Source of the DNA: Eledone cirrhosa
Taxonomy: Eukaryota
Assembly (NCBI GenBank): GCA_964016885.1
Contig: OZ024750.1
Location: forward strand, 6,820,001-6,884,000
Direction of reading: 5' to 3'
DNA: 64,000 nt
Position numbers and translations under genes: made by a program. Of the stretch, positions 54,586 to 64,000 are shown one piece after another; position 1 is the stretch's first letter, and every line of letters begins with the position of its first letter. Below the pieces are notes generated by a model that saw only the letters and a program-made list of their open reading frames with translations, did no database searches and was not told the origin of the DNA.

Positions 54586-55684
54586 CCACCACCACCACCA
54601 CCACCATAACACCTCCAACATCACTATTAACCACAACACCAACACCATCACCCACAACAACCAGATGCTACTGATATGACTTTTAAATGTTTTTATTATA
54701 TTCTGCCGAGGGCTTTTCTTCTTTTCATTCTCTGCCAGTTTAAGTGTAGACACTTCTACATATAGATAGACAACAGACACACTTATTTCAACATATATAC
54801 ACACACATATGTATAGAATTATATACACACATAGTTTATGTGGCCTGGACTCCTTAACACAATACAATACACGTATGTATACAAATATATATACTCGTAA
54901 CCCCCACACGTATGTATACAAGTATATATACATGTAACATACACTCATGTATGTATACAAGTATATATACATGTAACATACACATGTATGTATACAAATA
55001 TATATACACGCAACCCGTACCCGTATGTATATAAATATATATACATATAACACACATACCCGGATATATACACACGTAACACACGTATGCATATAAATAT
55101 ATATACACCTAACACACACACACCTATATATGTATATAAATATATATACACCTAACATACACACCCGTATATATATATAAATATATATACACCTAACATA
55201 CACACACCCGTATATATATAAATATATATACACCTAACATACACACGCCCGTATATATATAAATATATATATATACACCTAACACACACCCGTATGTATA
55301 CAAATATATATACGCGAAGCATACACACCTCATGTGGCCTGCACACATTTTAACACACATCACACCATACACACTACACACACATCACAACACACACATC
55401 ACACCACACTACACACACACTATTGTTGCTTCAGTTTTTCTTCGTTATGAATGAGAAGTCTCTTCTCACTAATAAACAACACAACTAGCTACACCTCATA
55501 ATATATATTTAGACTGTTTCACAACACTAAAACTACCCCTCTCCGCCTATTTCTGACCGATTCTTCCTCCCTGCCAAGCCCAAGAAGAAACTGTAAGCCA
55601 CATTAGACAACCGTTTGTTGTATATATATATATATATATATATATACACCGTCTACATACATACGTATATATTTGTAAATATAT

Positions 55685-55750
<66 letters not shown>

Positions 55751-56009
55751 TGATTCTGCAGAAAGCGATCGTCACGTTGAAATATTTTTTTGGTGTGGAG
55801 AATCTGTTCCCTCTTGACTAGGATATTTTTCGTTTCTTTCATCTGTTTATCATACTGGAATTAAAGAAGAAAAAAAATTGGTAAGATTTTGGCGCATATG
55901 TTTTTATATATATTTATATAGATAGATATAGATAGGAAGTAATCAGATGATTTCAAACGAGTGAAACAGTTCTAGTCCTGTAGAATTTTTTTTTGTGTAT
56001 GTATATATA

Positions 56010-56042
<33 letters not shown>

Positions 56043-56180
56043 ATCATCATTACTGTTTCACGTCCATTTTTCCACGCTAGCATGGGTTAGACGAATTGTC
56101 CAGATGTGAGCCAAACCAGAGCAGTTGACCGTCTCCTGTTGACACTGGACACACACACACATACTTGTGTGTGTATATAT

Positions 56181-56211
<31 letters not shown>

Positions 56212-56214
56212 TAT

Positions 56215-56353
56215 AGTCCAGAAATAGCCGTCGAAACGGCTTGAGCTCTGCCGTCGGGGTCAAACATTTTCCTATTACCCACTCTACTACCCTAAGTATT
56301 GAGTACTTTGGTGCGTTATGGTCCATCTGGTTCCTTACCACACTTCCTTCGTT
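56215..56353 (+). mobile_element. Family P2 element without inverted arm
   Basis: AGTCCAGAAATAGCCGTCGAAACGGC...CCTTCGTT between TA repeats; matches 18782-18914. Confidence 0.85.
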
Positions 56354-56549
56354 ATATATATATAAGCAGAAGGGATATTCAATTTATTGGTAATTCAATA
56401 AATATAAATGTTTATAACTGATTTAGAGCACTCAACAGAATTTCTGGAGTATAATATACAATGATATTAAATATGTGACTTTCCAGGAATAACTTGAGCC
56501 GTTAAGGTATATTATCCTTGGTTATGTCAAATATTTATAAAATATCTTG

Positions 56550-56610
56550 TATTTTATCTGATGAGAGCGTACCAAAATTTTGGTACCCTTGAAATATATA
56601 TAATAGAATA
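56550..56610 (+). ncRNA. Minimal type I hammerhead ribozyme motif, intact core
   Basis: UAUUUUAU / CUGAUGA (56558-56564) / GAG c GUACCAA..UUGGUAC c CUU / GAAA U AUAU A UA / AUAGAAUA. Predicted cut after 56602. An extra 12-bp helix (56531-56542 with 56618-56629) extends stem I. Confidence 0.85.
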
Positions 56611-56654
56611 AATATGGTTTTATAAATATAGTTTCCATTTATTTAATATCATTG

Positions 56655-56999
56655 TATATATATATATATATATGCCGTGTGTATGTGTGTGTATATATAT
56701 ATATATATATATGCCGTGTGTATGTGTGTGTGTGTATATATATATATATGTGCCGTGTGTATGTGTGTGTGTGTATATATATATGTGTGCCGTGTGTATG
56801 TGTGTGTATATATATATATATATGCCGTGTGTGTGTGTGTATATATATATATATATGTGCCGTGTGTATGTGTGTATATATATATATATATATGCCGTGT
56901 GTATGTGTGTGTGTATATATATATATATGCCGTGTGTATGTGTGTGTGTGTATATATATATATATGCCGTATGTATGTGTGTGTATATATATATATGCC

Positions 57000-57033
<34 letters not shown>

Positions 57034-57036
57034 GCC

Positions 57037-57072
<36 letters not shown>

Positions 57073-57117
57073 GCCGTGTGTATGTGTGTGTATGTATATA
57101 TATATATGCCGTGTGTA

Positions 57118-57149
<32 letters not shown>

Positions 57150-57160
57150 GGCCGTGTGTA

Positions 57161-57208
<48 letters not shown>

Positions 57209-57240
57209 GTATGTGTGTGTATATATATAGGCCGTGTGTA

Positions 57241-57318
<78 letters not shown>

Positions 57319-57348
57319 GAAATACTATATATATATATATGCCGTGTT
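56655..57348. repeat. Compound minisatellite GCCG(TG)n(TA)n
   Basis: About 20 units, each anchored by GCCGTGTG. Confidence 0.9.
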
Positions 57349-57493
57349 TGTAATGAGTTAGAGGAATTGTCATGTTCTGAGACCAGACAAACAGACAGAC
57401 TCGCTAATATGTTCCATTGTGCTATAGTTTCTACGGTTGGATGCCCATGCTAATGCCAACCACACCGTCTCTCTCTCTCTCTCTCTCTCTCTC

Positions 57494-57880
57494 TATTAAT
57501 AAAAGGAATTCCAACTTTGTCTGATTTACTCGTTTTATTTACAATCCTTTAAAATTTATAATGGTATTATAATGAAATAGTATGATAGAATATTAAATGT
57601 TAAGTGTTAATTGAACAAGTACTTCCATGCTTTCGCAATCTTCAGGTTCATATTCTGTGGTGACAGTCAAGTTTACAATTTTCAACTGTTGAAAATTGTA
57701 AACTTGACTGTCACCACTGAATATGAACCTGAAGATTGCGAAAGCATGGAAGTACTTGTTCAATTAACACTTAACATTTAATATTCTATCATACTATTTC
57801 ATTATAATACCATTATAAATTTTAAAGGATTGTAAATAAAACGAGTAAATCAGACAAAGTTGGAATTCCTTTTATTAATA
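57494..57880. repeat. 387-bp palindrome (193-bp arms, 1-nt centre, 1 mismatch) with hammerhead-like motif in each arm
   Basis: Centre T at 57687 (TTTTCAAC-T-GTTGAAAA). The only mismatch seen is 57656 against 57718. Motif at 57724-57762 (+) and 57612-57650 (-). Confidence 0.95.
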
Positions 57881-59192
57881 TAATCTTCTATACACAATCA
57901 TACACACGCGTCTATATATCTATCTATATATATATACACATGCCTGCTACATTTTTTGTATACGTATAGATTTATATATTAGCTTGATTTATTCTTATGA
58001 GGGAAAACAAGCCATCTGCTGTCTTTATATGTTATTAGTAAAAAATTATAGAAACTCAATTTTTCGTCACTAATGCTCTCGAGAAATGCATGAACGACTC
58101 AACATCTCATTTCTAATTTTTTTTTACAAATTTCACCTGTTGTCTTTCGGAAGAAACCATTCTGGTTATTTTCATATGATAAATACCAGTAATTTATTGC
58201 AACGATTCCTTCTCTGTGAAATTTCACCTGATGTCTGCTTAAGTCACAAGGATTTATTAAAGCTGTTGTTCGTGTCGTGGTGGTGGTATTGCTAGTGGTG
58301 TTATGGTGATGGTGTTGGTGTTGTGTGATGGTGGTGTCGTGGTGGTGTTGGTGTTGTCGTGGTGGTGGTATTGCTAGTGGTGTTGTGGTGGTGTTGTGTG
58401 ATGGTGGTGGTGGTGTTGGTGTTGTCGTGGTAGTGGTATTGCTAGTGGTGTTGTGTTGGTGTTGTGTGGTGATGGTGATGCTGGTGATGTTGCTGGTGTC
58501 GTGGTGATGTTGCTAGTGATGGTGATGTTGCTAGTGATGGTGATGGCAGTGGGAGCTAACTATATTTACATTCTCTGGTGAATTTTTGTTGGCTAGTTCC
58601 CAGGTCATCACTGAACCAAAGCAAAGACATTCTAGTCGTGACCATCCTGTCTTAGTAGATACGCAGCACTTACATTATCGAATGTCTCTTGTTTTATATA
58701 AGGTGTAATTTGAGGGAGATTTTGACTGCTATTTCTAACAGATTGAGTGACCATATCAAACCAGCTTTGTTGGTTCACAATGAATCTAGTTATACGTTTC
58801 GTCCCTGCCGAGGGTCAGTCTTCTTCTGTAATCCTCAAATTAAATACCAGTAATACACTAGGAACCTTCCATACGCACTCCTCTCCTTTCAAAAATGCAT
58901 AACAATTGTTGTTGTTATTGTTAACGCGTTTGGCCATCACTGCTTGCCACTAAATTCTGCGATTTACCTACCATTCCTAGTAACCCATTTAACTTATGTT
59001 TAAATTCTTCGTGAAGCGCATGAGTACCGCGGAATCTCATTTCTATTTACTATAAATAAACCTGGGTTAACGAGTCTTTGGAGAAAAGACAAGCGCCACA
59101 ACACCTCAAAAAATGTAAACATTTGCCCATGTGAATAAAATATAATAAAATAGATCTGTCTATTAATTATTACAAATAACATTGTAGCTGAT

Positions 59193-61522
59193 CCGTGCTT
59201 CTTCTCTCATCCTCTGTCAACTATGAAGGCCTTAAGTATTTAATAAAAACAGTATTTGTCACAGACTTAACCGTGCTTCTTCTCTCGTCCTGTCAACTAT
59301 GAAGGCCTTAAGTATTTAATAAAAACAGTATTTGTCACAGACTTAACCATGCTTCTTCTCTCATCCTCTGTCAGCTATGAAGGCCTTAAGTATTTAATAA
59401 AAACAGTATTTGTCACAGACTTAACCATGCTTCTTCTCTCATCCTCTGTCAGCTATGAAGGCCTTAAGTATTTAATAAAAACAGTATTTGTCACAGACTT
59501 AACCGTGCTTCTTCTCTCGTCCTGTCAACTATGAAGGCCTTAAGTATTTAATAAAAACAGTATTTGTCACAGACTTAACCATGCTTCTTCTCTCATCCTC
59601 TGTCAGCTATGAAGGCCTTAAGTATTTAATAAAAACAGTATTTGTCACAGACTTAACCATGCTTCTTCTCTCATCCTCTGTCAGCTATGAAGGCCTTAAG
59701 TATTTAATAAAAACAGTATTTGTCACAGACTTAACCGTGCTTCTTCTCTCGTCCTGTCAACTATGAAGGCCTTAAGTATTTAATAAAAACAGTATTTGTC
59801 ACAGACATAACCGTGCTTCTTCTCTCGTCCCCTGTCAGCTATGAAGGCCTTAAGTATTTAATAAAAACAGTATTTGTCACAGACTTAACCATGCTTCTTC
59901 TCTCGTCCCCTGTCAACTATGAAGGCCTTAAGTATTTAATAAAAACAGTATTTGTCACAGACTTAACCGTGCTTCTTCTCTCGTCCTGTCAACTATGAAG
60001 GCCTTAAGTATTTAATAAAAACAGTATTTGTCACAGACTTAACCGTGCTTCTTCTCTCGTCCCCTGTCAACTATGAAGGCCTTAAGTATTTAATAAAAAC
60101 AGTATTTGTCACAGACATAACCGTGCTTCTTCTCTCATCCTCTGTCAACTATGAAGGCCTTAAGTATTTAATAAAAACAGTATTTGTCACAGACTTAACC
60201 ATGCTTCTTCTCTCATCCTCTGTCAGCTATGAAGGCCTTAAGTATTTAATAAAAACAGTATTTGTCACAGACTTAACCATGCTTCTTCTCTCATCCTCTG
60301 TCAACTATGAAGGCCTTAAGTATCTAATAAAAACAGTATTTGTCACAGACTTAACCGTGCTTCTTCTCTCGTCCTGTCAACTATGAAGGCCTTAAGTATT
60401 TAATAAAAACAGTATTTGTCACAGACTTAACCATGCTTCTTCTCTCATCCTCTGTCAGCTATGAAGGCCTTAAGTATTTAATAAAAACAGTATTTGTCAC
60501 AGACTTAACCGTGCTTCTTCTCTCGTCCCCGGTCAACTATGAAGGCCTTAAGTATTTAATAAAAACAGTATTTGTCACAGACTTAACCGTGCTTCTTCTC
60601 TCGTCCCCTGTCAACTATGAAGGCCTTAAGTATCTAATAAAAACAGTATTTGTCACAGACTTAACCGTGCTTCTTCTCTCGTCCCCTGTCAACTATGAAG
60701 GCCTTAAGTATTTAATAAAAACAGTATTTGTCACAGACTTAACCGTGCTTCTTCTCTCGTCCCCTGTCAACTATGAAGGCCTTAAGTATTTAATAAAAAC
60801 AGTATTTGTCACAGACTTAACCGTGCTTCTTCTCTCGTCCCCTGTCAACTATGAAGGCCTTAAGTATCTAATAAAAACAGTATTTGTCACAGACATAACC
60901 GTGCTTCTTCTCTCGTCCCCTGTCAACTATGAAGGCCTTAAGTATTTAATAAAAACAGTATTTGTCACAGACATAACCGTGCTTCTTCTCTCGTCCCCTG
61001 TCAACTATGAAGGCCTTAAGTATCTAATAAAAACAGTATTTGTCACAGACATAACCGTGCTTCTTCTCTCGTCCCCTGTCAACTATGAAGGCCTTAAGTA
61101 TCTAATAAAAACAGTATTTGTCACAGACTTAACCGTGCTTCTTCTCTCGTCCCCTGTCAACTATGAAGGCCTTAAGTATCTAATAAAAACAGTATTTGTC
61201 ACAGACTTAACCGTGCTTCTTCTCTCGTCCCCTGTCAACTATGAAGGCCTTAAGTATTTAATAAAAACAGTATTTGTCACAGACATAACCGTGCTTCTTC
61301 TCTCGTCCCCTGTCAACTATGAAGGCCTTAAGTATTTAATAAAAACAGTATTTGTCACAGACATAACCGTGCTTCTTCTCTCGTCCCCTGTCAACTATGA
61401 AGGCCTTAAGTATTTAATAAAAACAGTATTTGTCACAGACATAACCGTGCTTCTTCTCTCGTCCCCTGTCAACTATGAAGGCCTTAAGTATCTAATAAAA
61501 ACAGTATTTGTCACAGACATAA
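59193..61522. repeat. 78-bp satellite, about 30 copies
   Basis: Unit CC(A/G)TGCTTCTTCTCTC(A/G)TCC(T/C)CTGTCA(A/G)CTATGAAGGCCTTAAGTATTTAATAAAAACAGTATTTGTCACAGAC(T/A)TAA, with 76-bp variants. Confidence 0.97.
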
Positions 61523-63567
61523 GCTCACGTAAGAACCGTGTCTATAACTCCGTTTCAACTCCCGGTTAAAGCTATTGTGTTTAAGAAAAAAAAAACACAC
61601 GATGCACTGCACATGAAAACAGCAGAAGGTGCGTAAATTAAGAAATATCAATCAACGGTAATAATTATTTATCATTATCAATTATTATTAATTATTATTT
61701 AATATTTGTCATAGTATAATTATTAGTATAGTTATTAAACTAGCTGGCTGTATTTGTCTTTCTCTGTCTGATAGAGGCTGTGTGCATGTGTGATTCTGTA
61801 GTAAGAGAAAAGGCGGCGGCGGCGGCGAGTGTACCATGTGCAAGATGTGATAGTTAAAGGGAGGGGGGAACATGCAACATTAAGCCTAAAGACTGTTGCA
61901 GCAGCAGCAGTAACACTAGCAGCAGCAGCAGCTTATTACGGTCGCACTGTGCCAAACTCGAAAGACAGGAATCCTGCTTTGTTCTGTAAGCAACCTATTT
62001 TATATATTCTCTCAACTTGATGCTCACATTGTATCCTATTCCAGATATATAGTTCTTCTTCTTCTGTGAGAGAAAGTACTAAACACACGCGTATATACAT
62101 ACACACACACACACACACACATGTATACACACGTACACACACACACACACATGTATACACACGTACACACACACACACATGTATACACACGTACACACAC
62201 ATGTACATACACTCGTACACACACACACACATGTATACACACGTACACACACACACACACATGTACACACACTCGTACACACACATGTACACACACACAT
62301 GTACACACACTCGTACACACACATGTACACACACAATCACGTTCACACACACACACACACACACATATGTGTACACACACATGTACACTCACACGTACAC
62401 ATACGCACACGTACACACACACACGTTAACACGTACACACATATACACACACATACATGTATGCACAACACATGTACGTACACACATACGTATACACACA
62501 CAACACACCTACGTACACACATACGTGCTCATATACACACACACACAACACATACGTACCCACATACGTACCCACACGCACAACACACGTACGTACACAC
62601 ATACGTACTCATATACACACACACACATCTACATGCACACGTACGTACACACACGTACACACACACACAGATATATTAGTGTAGAAACACACACATTCAG
62701 CCTTACACCAACCAGTTCTGTCTTATATTCTGTCTCAGAGAAACCCGCTCAATAGAAAGTTTCAAGTTTGTGTTGTATTTGTTAAATATTAAGGCCTGGA
62801 TATTGAGGCCCTGGCTTGGCTGTGTCTTAATGACCCAATAAGGGGCTGGTGATGATGAGGGCTAGATTGATGGTGGTGGGGGTTATAGTGGTGGTGATGG
62901 TGGGGGTTATAGTGGTGATGGTGGTGATGGTGAGGGTTATAGTGGTGGTGGTGATGGTGATGGTTATAGTGGTGGTGGTGATGGTGATGGTTATAGTGGT
63001 GGTGGTGATGGTTATAGTGGTGATGGTGATGGTGATGGTTAGAATGAGGATAGGGGTAATTACAGTGACGATAATGAGGGTCAGTGATGATAATGGTGAT
63101 TAGGGTGATTGTGATGGTTATAGTGATGGTGATGGGGGTGATGGTTATAGTGATGGTGATGGGTGTGATGGTTATAGTGATGATGATGGTTATAGTGGTG
63201 GTGATGGTGATGGGGCTTATGGTGATGGTGATGGGGGTGATGGTGATGGTTATAGTGATGGTGATGGGGGTTATAGTGATGGTGATGATGGTTATAGTGT
63301 TGGTGATGATGGTTATAGTGTTGGTGATGATGGTTATAGTGTTGGTGATGATGGTGATGGTCAGTGAGGATAATGGTGACTAGAATGATGATAGTGATTG
63401 CTAAAATGATGAGAGTGATGATGACAACGATGATGATGATGATAACCGCAATTATTCACAAGGACAATAAAAACGAAAATAAAAATTCTAGAAACAACAA
63501 AATTGAGCATCAATAAGGAGGGAGTTGTAACATAAGAGGATTTCATTAATATTACTGTTAACACTAA

Positions 63568-63650
<83 letters not shown>

Positions 63651-63685
63651 TATAAGTATTAATAAAATAGATGTTCTTTTGATCA

Positions 63686-63749
63686 ATTACATTTTATTAT
63701 ACATATTTCGGAGGTACAAACAGTACGTCCTCATCAGACAAAATATAAT
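63686..63749 (-). ncRNA. Minimal type I hammerhead ribozyme motif, intact core (left arm)
   Basis: Minus strand: AUUAUAUUUUGU / CUGAUGA / GGA c GUAC UGUUU GUAC c UCC / GAAA U AUGU A UA / AUAAAAUGUAAU. Confidence 0.85.
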
Positions 63750-63841
63750 GATACATGACATACCCTGAGGTGTTAAATGGTTAAGATTTAATCAAGGTAG
63801 TAAATCTTAACCATTTAACATCTCAGGGTATGTCATGTATC

Positions 63842-63904
63842 ATTATATTTTGTCTGATGAGGACGTACTGTTGTACATCCGAAATATGTATAATAAAATG
63901 TAAT
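63842..63904 (+). ncRNA. Minimal type I hammerhead ribozyme motif, intact core (right arm)
   Basis: 12-bp stem I with two G-U pairs, CUGAUGA at 63854-63860, GAAA at 63881-63884, triplet AUA. Predicted cut after 63892. Confidence 0.87.
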
Positions 63905-64000
63905 TGATCAAAACAACATCTATTTTATTAATACTTATATTTTAATATTAATAACTCCTGAAAATTATTTTTTCCGTTGAGTGCTTCCAATCTACTGTAA

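Larger units (their letters stand above)
63642..63948. mobile_element. Head-to-head inverted pair of Penelope-like terminal repeats
   Basis: Arms 63642-63790 and 63801-63948 with a 10-nt spacer ATCAAGGTAG, 3 mismatches and 1 indel. Each arm carries a hammerhead and the left end abuts (TA)n. Confidence 0.85.

Noticed and set aside
60433-61569. 378-aa ORF
   Set aside because: It is a 78-bp satellite read in frame. Upstream 76-bp units break the frame, so there is no sign of coding constraint.

Overview
AT-rich, microsatellite-saturated animal genomic DNA, not prokaryotic: no operons, rRNA, intact tRNA or CRISPR array. The SINE and MITE families match my recollection of octopus (coleoid cephalopod) repeats, but this is an inference and no search was run. 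Almost every ORF in the supplied track is a translation of a simple or tandem repeat. The real content is: (1) about 17 copies or fragments of a tRNA-headed SINE, plus three other SINE-like families; (2) hAT-, piggyBac-, pogo/Tigger- and mariner-type non-autonomous DNA elements; (3) 3' ends of RTE LINEs and one CRE-like retrotransposon missed by the ORF track; (4) many mini- and satellite arrays, some with higher-order structure; (5) three phase-compatible candidate exons of an unidentified minus-strand gene. The most interesting signal is a dense set of minimal type I hammerhead-ribozyme (HHR) motifs of the Penelope-like-element kind. Four have an intact catalytic core (12696-12766 -, 56550-56610 +, 63686-63749 -, 63842-63904 +). 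Others have variant or decayed cores, and one family keeps only the 3' half. Several sit in long near-perfect palindromes (57494-57880, 63642-63948, 18721-18836, 30744-30859) at microsatellite edges. All folds were paired by hand and none has been tested for activity.
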